A stretch of DNA of 64,000 nt from Takakia lepidozioides (Eukaryota; Plantae; Bryophyta), in the NCBI GenBank assembly GCA_030704615.1, contig CM060732.1, positions 49,786,001 to 49,850,000 of the forward strand. Reading direction: 5' to 3'. Position numbers and translations under genes: made by a program. Below, piece by piece: positions 13,560 to 26,458 of this stretch. Below the pieces are notes generated by a model. That model searched no databases. It had not been told where the DNA came from and saw only the letters and a program-made list of their open reading frames with translations. Numbering within the stretch: position 1 is the first letter of the stretch; each line of letters begins with the position of its first letter.

Positions 13560-13830
13560 TTCCCTCGAGCATTTCCAATGTCATGTGGAGCTCGAGCACT
13601 CGTTTTTGACTTTAGCCTGACCTGGTAGAGGGTACTGTAGGTAAGCGTGAGTTTAGCACGACGTGGCAGGTAAATACATGTTGCAATCAATTCGCGGTAC
13701 TCAGCGGACGAGCTCGCTTCCCATTTTATTGGGCTGCGCCATCGACACATGAACACGGCAATCGGCCCCACCGCCCCATGCATAGAAGTGTGAAGTGTAC
13801 CCGGCCATTTTTTATACGTTTCCTCCCTTA
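13560..13830 (-). mobile_element. Possible degenerate SWIM zinc-finger transposase fragment
   Basis: Minus strand PCSCVD...C(K)HVF..HVVL...TLYQVRL, readable only across frameshifts. Confidence 0.3.
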
Positions 13831-16616
13831 AACGGTGGGCCGGGTACATCGAAGGCTGCTCTAAATTTGCTCTCGGTGTGCCGTTCTTTTTGGTATGTTG
13901 CTCTAGGACAATCAACAACAAGGGACTGGGCCTAAGGCATGTAATTTAGGTGGGGGTTGAAATTCCTAAGAGGCTCGGAAATTATCTCTTCCAAGCTTAT
14001 GGAGTTTGGCTCTTAGGCCCCGCGGCTCTACTTGCTGTACTCCAACGGCCTTCTCTCTTTCTGGCGAGCACCACTGAACTAGCTGCCCCGAAGTTGAGGA
14101 AGTTGCACATCCACATTCCCTTCAACTCCGCTCGTAGGTGATGGCTCTGTGTTATGCGTGGGTGTATGTCTCTCCCTCTCCCGAACCAATCGATAGTGGC
14201 GTGAAACAGGGGCCCTACACAATTCCCACCACCAAAGTGACTGGGTCTATGCACCCCACATATTGTAGGCGCTCAGTTGTGTTGAGGAACTTAGAAAAAT
14301 CTATTATGAACGTGGCTACTTGGCAAGGAACATGTCAGAAAATGATCTATCACGTATGAGACAAGGGAAAAGGCAACGTCCACAGTCATCAAGGAGGCCA
14401 GAGTCTATTCTTGTCTTTCATCATTTCAAGGCATGCCGCTTGTGGTTCCAGCAAACAGAGATCATCCTCAATAAGTGATAATCCTAAATAAGGAAGCAAT
14501 ACTGTAACCGAAGATGGTAAGTGAAGATATCTCACAATCATGCTGAAATAAAGACATGTTGTGGCCTTTCGGCTGTATATAATCCCTCTGAACTTCGTGT
14601 AGGAGAAGCTTCTGGGTGTGCATCAGCCCCACTCACCAAGTGGGGAGACAAGTTTAGCTCTCTTGCAATTCTGGAAATCTGTTCAGATCTGAACTCTTGG
14701 CTTTGGAGGTGCCACAGACCTTGTGAAGATAGATGAACCATAGACCTCCACCATCTGACCCCCTAACCTTCTCCATGATAGAAGCCTACAAAACTATACA
14801 AGGAGACAAGGCCTTGGGTATAGCATCTGCCTCCCACAGTGCCATCCCTGTGCCTGAAGAGTGAGAAGAAAAGTGAACTAATTGTGGTGAAGACCTACAA
14901 TTGTTACCCATCTTGGGGTGAACTCAAACTATAATAGATAAATCAGACTAGAGAGAGATGACGCTGTCTGAATCAAAGTCAGGGTAGATTAGTGCCTTGT
15001 CTCTTGCATTCGAGTCGGGCAGTGCTTCTGCTTTCCATATTGAGGTGGTCATTGTGTTTTTTCAACTTCACACACCACCGGCCACGAATCTTGTATGTCA
15101 GAGACAATGTACAGTAAAGGGCAGTCCTAGATGAGATCCTGTAGTCGGCTGCATATAGCTTATAGCAAGCCCTGCTTGAGATTGTCACCTAACTAGACCG
15201 TTCTTTGAGGTTGGGCTACAGTATCTGTGGAAAGGCTGGTTTTGTCATCATCGAGGCTGTGGGGGGTAGAACTCTTGCAGGCAAGTTTAGCAACAGTTGA
15301 TACAGAACACCCGATATTTCGTCTCTGCATGGCCTATCTTGTGATCATTTGCAGGTCTGTCACTAATCAACTTAACCAAGAGGAACTAGGTTTGTTCAAC
15401 CCATGCTTGTGCCTATAAACAACAATGTTAATTTAATAGTCCATAAAACCCAATATTCTCGTTTGCACTGCTCTCCTTCTCTGTCTCACAAACACATGCA
15501 CACACAGATTGCACATAGATTGCTAGTCTCCCAGGAATTATAAGCACATTTCCTTCAGGTCATAGACAACTAGCCTCCTGTGTACTGAATCTGTGAATAT
15601 CTACAGAGTACTGTTCAACTACATAACAACATAAGTACAATTGTTGGTCTAAGCAAAATTCTGATTTTCTCTATTCCTGTAAAGGAAATGCTGCTGACTC
15701 CCACCTAGTGCAAATATGAGGACTAATGCTTGCCAAAATGTGGCTCACAATCTCGGCCTTGCAATCCTATTATGTTGTATTGTCATATCAGAGGCAATAT
15801 AACTCTAAATCGTGTAGCAAATATGAAATAACCATAACCACATAACTCCATTGTTGGCTATACCATCTCTGACACAAACGACAGATAACTAGTATGCCCC
15901 TAGCATAAAACGCTGGCATGCTGGAGAACCCAAGGCTTGTAATCTTCATTCACTTCAGCTCTGTAAGTCACTGCCAAAAATCAAAGCCTAAGGTGGCGAA
16001 AATGCTGCCTGCGCACATGCATTCTTATCAAAAGACTGGCAGGATTTCATTTTCATCACACCATACATCTCATTAGCAGCAGATTGAGTCTGTCGTAAGC
16101 TCACCAATGCACTCTTCAGAAGTTCTGTAGCAATGTATGACCATGGTAGACATAATCTTGAGAACCATATAACTCTCACAGGTCAGTTGGTGTCACCAAG
16201 CATGGAACACCATCAATGACCTGTTAAATAGAGGGGGAAAAAAAATGTGAAAAAATGTGAAAACCATCTTCCTTTCCGAGTCGTCGCGAACATTGTACCT
16301 GAAAACAAACCTCATACTCAGCAAAGAGGCAGGATTAATCTACCGGAGAATTGCCATGCTTCTGGTGCAAACTAGAGGAAATCCTGCTGATTGCAGTCAA
16401 CCTCTTTGAACTGTCGCCCTCCTCCCTAAAGGGTGCACAGACTATAGACCCCATTCATTCTTAAATACATGAAGCCAATCATTATCAGACATCAAATAAG
16501 TCTTGAGTTCATCCAGTATGCGAGCAATCCATATGCATAAAGGACCAACCGGATAAGCCACACCAAGTGCATCATTGATGAGCTCCTGGGACTTCTCACT
16601 GTATCTGCAACAACCC

Positions 16617-17508
16617 AATACCTGATTCAGAACCCGGGCCGGCAAATTCTGTGGGAGTTTATCGTCTGGATCACATGGACTCCGAAACTTCCTCACACAT
16701 TAGTACCAAGACCGATGTCTTCATCTTCGGAATGCTAGTTTTAGAGGTCATGACTGGCAGAAGTGCAATCTCATTGGATGTGGACTTCAACCCATGTGGC
16801 CTATGTGACTGGGCCTTGCCTCTCATCAAGCATGGGGATGCTCACCATCTGTGATCCTAGAGTTCCACTCCCTGATTGTACCCAGGCTTTGAAGCAGTTG
16901 GCTACTATTGCTGCTCGCTGTGTTCGGGTCTCAAGCTCACGGCGGCCATCCGTGGATGACGTAGTTGAAGCTATCGCAAATGTCAGCAAAATGATCCCGT
17001 TGCCAATGTGGAATGGTCTTACAGGAGTCAGAAGAAAGAGGAAATTGTCATGGATTTCAAGGGTGAGACTCTCACACAGTTGAGAAGACTCATTTAATTG
17101 TGTTGCCTGTGTTGACTGATTTCTTGAAAGGAAGGAAGGTGGCAATGGGCCTGCATACAACAGGCTTAGCAGGGTACTTTTCTAGGGCCTTCCAGCCGGG
17201 GACCACAAGCTTGCCAAGATCTCCAATTGGGGTTCCCAAGGGTGCCACGGTTTCTAATGAGAGGACACAAGAGAATGGGTTGGTAGATTCTGTCTGTGAA
17301 GCTCATAGTGGGATGATTATCCCACACAGCAAGCCTTGAAGTGTTTTCTCTAGTGCTGCCAGGCACCTACAAGAGAGGGATTCATTTCATGTCTATTGTA
17401 GGTAGAGGGAGAGACACTGATTACTGGGAGGCAGTTTGAGTACCACTCAGTACAAACATTGTGAAACTTACATTGCTATCAATGTCATACACATACATGC
17501 ACAGACAG
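16617..17508 (+). pseudogene. Partial inverted copy of the 3' half and 3' flank of the kinase gene (26741-27646)
   Basis: Near-identical peptides (STKTDVF.FGML.LEVMTGRSAISLD.DFNPCGLCDWALPLIKHGDA) and a matching 3' flank. Carries frameshifts and a short deletion. Confidence 0.92.
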
Positions 17509-19304
17509 CCATTGTGTTATCTTTCATGCCATAGCTACCACACCAGGCCTGGAACAGTCTAACCAAAAATAACATTTCAACTCACCTTTGACCCAGAGGT
17601 AAGGGGAATGCCTTCATTGCAGAGTCTCTTCCAACCACTTGTATGTCGGGAGCTCCAGAAGGTCTTCAGAGTTTGAGGTAAAATGCATAAGTGGTCAAAC
17701 AGAAACACGAGAATTGTCTTGTTCTCAGCCCACCCCACAGTATTGTAGGCGCTCAGTTGTGTTGGGGAACTAAGAAAATTCTAAATAGGTAAGTGGGCTA
17801 TGACTGGGTAGGGAATGTGTGAGAAAATGAGGTTCTACAATCTATCACATATGAGACAAGGGAAAAGGCAACATGAGGATAAATAAGGTTGTCTGCGTCT
17901 GTCTCTTGACTCTATGGCCACACACTGCAATCAGTACATAATGGACGAATCATCTCTCCAATTTCACTCTTGTTATAGTGAAAAAATCCCTTTCTCGATT
18001 GATGGCAGATATAGCATTGAGACATGAGGACTCCATGCAGGGATCAATTCGTAAGAATCTGCAGAGTAAGTCGTTACTGAGCAAATTAAGTCACCACCAA
18101 AGAACTGCAGAAGAGCAAATTTCCTCAGAAGAATACCTCAACAACAAGGCGCACCAGTTCTTTCACACTGCCTCCCTCCTGCAGTTGGGTCAGCCAGGCA
18201 GCAACCAACATATATCTTTCCAGCACACTACAGAAAGGAAATAAAGTCAACTAGATATGCACAGCAGAAAGGTGTCCACCTTCCCTACTTTCCTTTGGGG
18301 GTGACGTGACACCATAATTTACGTTGCTTGGGCAGGAGTCAACCCTTTTTTACAGAGCAGAGAAGCACAAGAACTCTTATCTTCAGACTGTACTGGCAGG
18401 TGATCATAGAGGCTCTGCCTTGTGTGGATGCAGCAGAAAACCATTCAAGAATTATTTAATGACACCTAGTGACCAAATGTGCCTCTTGCACGAAGGCTGC
18501 CAGGCACTTGAGTCATCAAAGTTGAAAGACTGTGCTGAAAACTGGGAGTCTCTAAGTAGAAATGGATCTAGTAGATGCAACGGACAGATAAGCAGGAAGG
18601 CAGAAAAGACTCCAGTGAGTGGCAATAGGAGCTACCGAAGTGCAGATTATATAATCTTGGATGGCAATGCATCTTACAATCCAGCACAGTATTAAAACAG
18701 AGCAACAAAAGGAGCATGATGCTGCCATGACAGTGTCCGTGGGAGAAATCCGTAAGACTAGGGATGTGTTGCCCACTTCCAGAGGCGAGTGAACCTAGTG
18801 GATGTCTCTCAGCATACCTGCTTTGCATGCCTCCACTACATGCAACTATGTCCTCTCCTCTTGACCATTCACAAGCTGCACTGCGGTATTGTGACAAATG
18901 GTCGTGACACTACTGTGCAGATTCAAAGTGGCAAGCACAAATTCAGAAGCTACCAAACAATGAGGGTATTGGCTCTTATAGTTCCTCATGTAAAACGGGA
19001 AACCAACCAGGCCTGCTAATGATAGACACAAAACCAACAAAGAAGGCTAGTGTAATGCACTACCAGTACCCGGAGCCCAGGACTAACTATTAGATGGAAG
19101 TTGTCACACAAAGTTAAGAGAAGGAGGACCCAATGAATCCATCCTAATTTCACACTAATTGGATTTGAAAAAAAAATGTGTCATCAATTTTTGTCTCTGC
19201 TTTCAATGTTGTGGGAAGTCTCCACCGGAGATGGAGTAGCAGCTGAACCCACCCTTCTGTCTCTACCCATGAGCCACCATTGAAAAATGCAAACATGGAA
19301 GCTT

Positions 19305-19584
19305 CTATAGTGGAAGCTCAAGAGCAAACTGCCTTACATTCTTCCTTAGATCAGCCACGTGTGTCCCTTCACAAATTTCCTGTTTCCCAAACTTTGTAAA
19401 CTTGTCAAATGGTAGCACAAAATACAGATTGATAGTCTTTTTTCTCATGCTCAAAACAGCCTCCAACAACCCTGCGCACTTGATGGGATGGTCACGCGCC
19501 ACTGTGATTTGGAACAGTGACGAGGGCAAGAGTGCTGAATCAATAGATTCTTTATTGGGGGACCTTTCACGAATGAGATGTGAT
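19305..19584 (-). pseudogene. Crinkler (CRN/CR-effector)-type restriction-endonuclease-like C-terminal fragment
   Basis: SPNKESIDSALLPSSLFQITVARDHPIKCAGL..LYFVLP.DKF..F.KQ..VRQFALELPL* matches the N.ESID..LFQITV...HPIK..GL..LYFVVP..QYAL pattern. Truncated upstream by a non-LTR element. Confidence 0.7.
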
Positions 19585-20605
19585 GAGGGATTAACTCTGA
19601 GGTCAAGAAAACCTTGTTTTGCCGCGTTATTAGACCTACCTTGGAGTACGGATCTGCTATATGGGTTGATAACTCCAACCAGGCTAAGTCTCTAGAATCC
19701 ATTCAAGTGGGGGTGCTTAAGGAGTGCATGTCAGCATGCTCCAAAATAGCCAATGTGGTTGTTCGGGGTGAGTTTGGCATCCCTTCCTTAAGCTCCCGAC
19801 GAGATGAATTCAAGGTCAGATGGTGGGGTCAGTTGCAACACATGTCCAACACCAGATACCCTAGTTAATCGACTCTATATCTTGGAAACAGGACCGCCCT
19901 GTCAAACAGGCTAAGTCCTGGCAGAAGAGAGTAGAAGGGATTCTCAAGGATCTGCCGCAAGTCTTGACCTTGCTGGATAAATCTGACTTAGAGATTGTAG
20001 TGTCCAAAGCCATGTCTGTCAAATTGTTTGATGCAAATGAAGTTAGGTAGAAAACTTCCCTGAACCTGTTTCCAGTTTGTGACATGGGGGAGGATATCAT
20101 GGATGACCTCAAGGGTCTACTCACTCTCGGCGCCAGACTGAAATTTAAACTCTGGGCAGGAAGCCTACCTTTGAACAGTAAATAGAAGCAGAGATGAAAA
20201 GGAGAGTGCAATTGCCAGTTGTGTGGGCAACCCGAAGACAATATTCATTTTCTGATTCACTGTCCGGGGTACTCTCACCAGAGAGAAGCTCTCCTCCAAT
20301 CTATCAAGAGAATTGTGCGTGTACCTCTGTTTACCAACTTTAAAAGTCTCAAGGCTGAGCCAAAAGCCCAGGCCCTTCTGAGGCCTAATTTTTGGGCAAA
20401 TCACACACAGCAGATTGATGCTTGTGTGAAGGGATTTCTAGAGGAAATCTGGAAAACCCGGATCAATGCTTTATACCAAGGTAAGTCTTACTACCAACGC
20501 CAGCCCCTAACAGAGGTAGGTTCTGTCTCTTTGTGTTCCGCTCAAACTGGGCGCGGGGTCAATGGCCACAAGGCTAGGGCAAACAACGTCTTATGAGTAC
20601 ATTCT
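19585..20605 (+). mobile_element. ~1 kb non-LTR retrotransposon 3' derivative, copy A
   Basis: [32 protein letters not shown] (RT thumb) and C..CGQPEDNIHFLIHCPGY (zinc knuckle). Ends TGAGTACATTCT. Confidence 0.85.
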
Positions 20606-20618
20606 ATTACAGGAAAGA

Positions 20619-21525
20619 AATGTCCCCATTGCCTGAGGCAGGGCCTCTAAGCCCTAGAAAGCACTAAATTCAGTTGCATGAGCCCAAGTCGCCCACATGC
20701 TTCACAACTGGGTATTTTTCACCAAGTAACTATCAACCAGATGGTCTAGCCACCAGCGTTGGGATGGATGACATAGAAGATGGATTGCAACCTTTCCAAA
20801 TGAAAACTAGGGCCTTCCCAGGTGAGGTCGCTCATCCTCATACAGTCCTCCAGCTCAAATACAGACTCACTGCAAACATGGGAAACTTGCGAATAGTTGT
20901 CCAAAAATGCTTGTTTTTTTCTGAATTTCCAATACTGCCTGATACAGGGGTTTGGGATTGGACATGCTGGTGAAGTGAAAGCACCCTCTGCTCTTCAATG
21001 TTTTCATCAATTGAATCATAGGAACAGTTTTACCAATTGTGTCCTTCCATTCATCAGAGGACCCCTCACTGTTAGACCTAGAAGTTCTGCCATGGATACT
21101 GTAGTGGGTTTCAAAGGAAATTGGATGTAGTGGGTTCCTGTAATAGAATGTGTTATTATACATTTACTGAAAGCAAAGTAGAGTGGCGTGTTGGATGCGG
21201 AACCTTTGAATACCAAGCTCCTTCCTGCGTGCATTGCACTATGATTGTGTGTTGTTTGAAGAAGAGGTTCCTACAGGATTTTGCTTAAAACTAAACCTCA
21301 CGAATGGTCACATCTTGCAGACCCCTCGCAAAGTTTGCATAGTCTTGAGGGGTTGAACCCTCAGAAGTTTGGTAACAAGCTTCCTTTTATTTGTGTAAGT
21401 TTCATAAGAATCCCTTCAGTGGTTGGGTACTTGGACTTTGTTTGGCTGCAAGACATAATATCAAGAGAGATTGTACAGAACCTTGTAGATGAGTACAGTA
21501 CGAAGTGGGGCATGGAGGCAACTTC
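20619..21525. pseudogene. LRR-like relic, copy 2, with an internal inversion; continues at 23789-24042 after an insertion
   Basis: 20619-20862 is a direct match to 2763-3003. 21160-21525 and 23789-24042 are inverted matches to 2330-2765. Confidence 0.6.
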
Positions 21526-23788
21526 CAGTGTTGAGAGTCCGCTGGTTCATTTGTTCTGTGCCACGATGCTGGTGAGTCTACTGGTGAGTCTGCTGCTAGT
21601 GAGTCCGATGCTGAGTTTCTGGGTTTTCTGTCATATACCAGAGTGAACGAGCCAGTATTCGGGAGGCCATGTGTGCTTGGTGGACGGTGAGCTCCGACCC
21701 TCCTTTAGCAGTGAATGCGGTGCGCCGGGAAGTGGAGCGGGTGTTGGAGTACATCTTGTTTAAGTACCCTGGCTCAGCAGACGCCATAGCAGCACTGGAC
21801 TCTGCAGACAAAGCACGCGCCAACTCTCTAGTCTACACCATACTCACTGCAGACTCGGTGGACACAGAGCCCACCCAATCTGGCATCCAGCAGACTCTTG
21901 CCCACCAAACTCTTTCCCAACAGACTCCCATCCAGCATAGTCTTGGCCACCAGACTCACAGTCAGCACAGTCTTGTCCGGCACACTCCCATGTACCAGAC
22001 TCTCGTCCAGCATACTCCCATCCAATAGACTGCTATTCAGGAGACTCCCAATCAGCAGACTGCTACCCAGAAGACGCCCATCCACCACAGTGCTGTCCAG
22101 CGGACTCCAAGCCAGCAGACTCCCATTGTCACGACCACCACGAGACTTTTTGGAGTTTAGCGCTCGCCATTGCCGCTCATTGATCCCGAAGCTGTGGACC
22201 TGACACTTGCCCGACAGAGGGTGAGGGAAGTCAATGCCAATGTGGATTGTTATAATGAGCTCCATCGCATTGTTACGGACGGCCGATGGCCTTTTGTTCC
22301 CTTTCATTATTCCATGGAATTTACTATGGCAGAAGCGAATGAAGTTCTCGAAAGCGCACATTCTGTTTGCCCTGGCAGCCACGGAGGTCCAAAATGCCCC
22401 GCCACTGCTTGTCCAATTAATCCTCATGGATGACCCACGGCCTCATGAACTTAGACATATGCCCATGGCACATCCTACCTTTGGGGTGCGGGGAAAGCAC
22501 TTGCTTGGAATTACTGAAGAGTACTTTCACCATCGATGGCTTTCAGCAAGTTTGTGGCAGTGATAGGATCTTTGGTTTTCGCGCATGATTGCTTCACCCA
22601 AGCCCGCCGGACATGCCAAAGGCACAGGAAAATGAGCACTCCTCGAAAATCATCCCTGCAAAGTACACATGCCATATGAGAGACTTCAAAGAGGACTTCA
22701 CCGGTGGACTTCGGCACTAACCCAGTAGACTCTCTGGTTGACTGGTCTGCCCGTCTGTTCTAGTGGACTTGCCCAACGGATTTAGGCAGTAGACTCGCCC
22801 ACTCTGACCTGCCATGAGTGTTGCCCTCACGACACCGCCAGCAGACCTGACCACGCTGACCTCGCAGCGGACTTACGTAAGTGAGTCTTGCAACGGACTT
22901 GGCCAGAGGGCATCCCGAGCGGACTGGGTTGCCAGCAGACTTCCAAGCAGTCTCCTCCGGCGGACTCGCCTGCCAGCGGACCAGAGTGAGGTCGCAGCAG
23001 ACTGGCACACGTGAGTCTTGCAGCGGACTGCTTGCGAACAGTCCCCTTCGGCGGACTCGCCTGCCGGCGGACTTGTTGGACCAGCACAGTGGACTGGCCG
23101 GCAGACTGGCGGTTTGGCGGACTGAAGGGAATTGGACTCACGGGCAGCGGACTGGCGGGCGGACTGCCCGCGCTGGACTGGGGGCGCGGCGGAGCGCGGG
23201 CAGGAGGAGGGGGGGGGGGGGGGGGGGGGGGGGGTGTCCGGGTGGGGGGAGCCGGGCGTCCGTTCGCGGGGCCCATCGGTCAGCTCGCGCGTGCGCCATA
23301 ACGTTAAAATGAGAGGCCTTTGCATCCTAGTGGATGCTATTGCTGGAGGCTGGAAAGACTGTAGAGATATGAAATACTATGATTTTAGTAGCCTGGTTTG
23401 TGTAACCGCATGTGACTCTTCAAATCTCTTTATTATTATTGTTATTTTCTGGTCTTCTTAAAATCTAAAAATATCATAGCTGAACCCTCTAATAATCCCA
23501 AACAAAGTATTTTCTGAGGGTCTCTGTCCCTGTTTTTAAAATTTAGAAAAAATATAATAACAATAATTTGTATTGATAACCGTTATATGGGACCGGTAGT
23601 CTTCCACTTGGATAACCGGCATATTGATGACCGGGACACCTTTTTTTGGGACCCTTCTATTGATAACCTCTAACCGACTTAATTTTCAAAACACTACATT
23701 ATATATAACCGCCTCCATACCATTTTAAACGAGGATGCTTTACCCGGACCCTTCAATATGCCCAAAATGTAATACCCGGCCAACATTG
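21526..23788. mobile_element. hAT-type insertion (8-bp TSD) containing MULE-like sequence, 30-bp coding repeats and a G26 tract
   Basis: Ends CAGTGTTG...CAACATTG. TSD GCAACTTC (21518-21525) / GTAACTTC (23789-23796); the empty site is visible at ~2582-2595. Internal LCLWHVRRAW (MULE CxxH motif, 22511-22717 minus). GAGTC/GACTC motifs are inverted between the two sides. Confidence 0.7.
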
Positions 23789-24107
23789 GTAACTTCTAGC
23801 TCCCAGCAGCTTCTGATCTACTCTTGGTTGGACACTCTGTATGGTTTGTGCTGCCTGGATTCTACTTCACACCGGCCAACCTGGAGTTGACTCTGATAGT
23901 TGTTGTGTTCTCTCACACACCAAAGTTTGATTTGTATTTGGAAGGAATACTGATAGCTTTCTGTGGTTTTGATGATTTCATGGCTATTTCTGCAGGACCG
24001 TGGTAAGACTATAACTGGAGAGGGAAACCTCACTTGGCACTTTGGATTTTAGAATACCACATTTGTAGGAAATCAATTATAGTGCTCATCTCGTGCAGGT
24101 AAATGAA

Positions 24108-24292
24108 GCAAAATGTGGGTGCATAGAGGATAGCAAGGGAGTGTTTGACACTATGGCTGAACGAGATGTGGTGTCGTGGAATGCGACGCTTGCAGGGTAT
24201 GCTTGGCAGGGACGTGGTATGGAGGCTTTGGAGACCTATGATCAAATGATGGGGGTAGGGGTGAAACCCTACCACAACACGTTTGTGTGCAT
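24108..24292 (+). pseudogene. PLS-class PPR gene fragment
   Basis: AKCGCIEDSKGVFDTMAERDVVSWNATLAGYAWQGRGMEAL..GVKP..TFVCM. Confidence 0.85.
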
Positions 24293-25360
24293 GCATATGC
24301 ATACGCGTATGCGTGGGTTGCCAATTGAAGAAGGGAAACCATCTGTGGCATAACAATTGTGCATCAGGGGGATGGTAATAATCTGCAGCAAAGTATTCGA
24401 CTCTTCGTTCTTGACTCAAATGATTTATAGGTCCCTGCAACCATCGATAGTGTCCAACACCATTCCCGTTACGTGACGTCATCCAAAAATGGGTTTGATC
24501 ACGGGTCATATCCATTGACCACGGGTCACATCTATTCACACCCATTTCCATGCACCGCCGTGGAACTAAACCCGTTCGGTGGATTCCACCGGCACTTTTG
24601 CACGTGTGCATTATGACTTTTGGGAGTTTTGCATCTTTCCTCTCTTGGGGAGTCATATGCTTGCTCAACGCACGTTCACTATTTAGCATGCCAGCGTGCT
24701 ACAACCCGACGAGCAAGGACGTGCACAGCGCACAGTGTGTCATTCCACATACGTCGACGGGGCTGATTTTCTAAATCGCCGGAATTTGCCGCGGAGAACA
24801 TCGGATGCTATACCGATTTGAAAAGCCCGCCCATATTTTTTTGACATGGTACTTTTTGCCGACGGTCTAGATCGCCCGGTTATCAGCGTCACGTCCATCC
24901 GTCCGTCAGCGTCAGGTCACGTCAGACCTGACGCTGACAGGACCTCCGTCACGTTAGGTTCGGGGAATATTCTGGTAAAAATAGTACCAGGTAAAATACT
25001 GCCACTTAAGTAGCCACGTCGTCGACACGGTGGCGGTGGCAAATACATTTTGAAAATAAAAAAATGAACACGACCGCCAATTCGCTTTGTTTTTCGAAAT
25101 TAAAAAAAAAATAACGACCGTCGTATTTCGAAAAATAAGGCGACCGCCAGTGCGACCGCCAATCTTGCTTTAAAAAAAATAAAAATTGAAGCGACCTACT
25201 AGAAAGGGAAGGAGAGAGCCAGGGTTGTGAGGAAGAGTGAGCATGCTCCCTGAGTACAGGTTGGTAGTGAGATGGTCGGGGACGCAGATGGAACCTGCGT
25301 TGGAACCAATGCCAGGGCCATATTGGTAACTATATCGTGGGGCATAAGACCCTTATCAGA

Positions 25361-25567
25361 CCCTTGTTGTGCATATCCTACAATCATCGAACTCCACGAC
25401 CTCACATCTCGTTCAGCCATACCATCGAGCACACCCTTTGCATCCTTGATGCACCCACATTTTGCATACATGTTCAGGGGGGTATTGTACAGAGCGACAT
25501 TTGGTACAATTCCAGCTCTGACGATGTCGCCATGGACCTCTTTGTCCTTTTCTAGAGCTAGCCACAC
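25361..25567 (-). pseudogene. PLS-class PPR gene fragment
   Basis: LEKDKEVHGDIVRAGIVPNVALYNTPLNMYAKCGCIKDAKGVLDGMAERDVRSWSSMIVGYAQQG. Confidence 0.85.
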
Positions 25568-26458
25568 ACATCTCTAGGGCACGCTGCTGCTCAAGACCAG
25601 CACTTGTGTCCAACTGCCCCATGCCAGTCAACACCCCTGGTCCCTCACCCTCCTCCTCCAGGTACAAATCCTCTCAATCTCCACCAGTTGAAGCACAATA
25701 TCAACACAGGTAACCACCCTGACCCTCCCACAATTCCTTCACTCGCTTCATTATCCTGTATGTTGTATGACTCCCTCTCAATTACCTGGGCCCCTGCTCT
25801 CATTATGCATCTGCTGCTTAGCACGTCTACTACTTTCCACCACACCCACAAGGCTTTGTTACACCCGGTCCACCTCTACTTGATCACACTCGCCCCTTTC
25901 ACAACAACACCATTTGCCTCCACATCTATACCCCATGCTCTCCCAGCGCTAGACATTGTTCGCTTAGCGTATATTTTCCCACCCACTTATATGACATGGC
26001 TCCATTCCATGATGTACCCCCTGATGTATACTCAACACTGTCTGGATCTAACCCACATCTTCTCCTTCTTACAAGCGTGCTCTCAAACCTGGACTACCAA
26101 GTGCTTCCACCTTCCTCTCAACATGCTGCTTGGATACACCGGCACTCTCTCTTCCTCTCACCATTATACCATGATTATTCTCCCTGCGCAATTTTACACA
26201 TACTTCTACACCATTATTTTACTCAATGACAAGCATGATTATCACTCTGTTATACATTCTCTTGTGGCAACACGTCATCCTCAACGTACTGGAAAGGCCT
26301 CGCAGCAACGCCTAACGCTTTGTAAGACGCGGGGCGAGCCCGGTAGGGCTAGACACGCGGCGCGGTGGTTCCCAGGTTTGAGCCCTTGAAACGAGGCCGG
26401 TAGCCCGAGTTTACAGGGGCGACAACCTGGGAACCACCGAGCCCAGGTGCTCTACCCT

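Noticed and set aside
14400-16616. Possible LRR or other gene fragments
   Set aside because: Too degenerate to assign to a family.
17960-19040. Exon-like pieces (VLERYMLVAAWL.., HWSL Ulp1-like motif)
   Set aside because: No coherent gene model and the motifs are too short.
22827-23461. Pro/Gly-rich ORFs
   Set aside because: Artefacts of GC-rich repeats and the poly-G tract.
25604-26389. 261-aa ORF
   Set aside because: Compositionally biased C/A-rich sequence with no motifs; probably a decayed retroelement.
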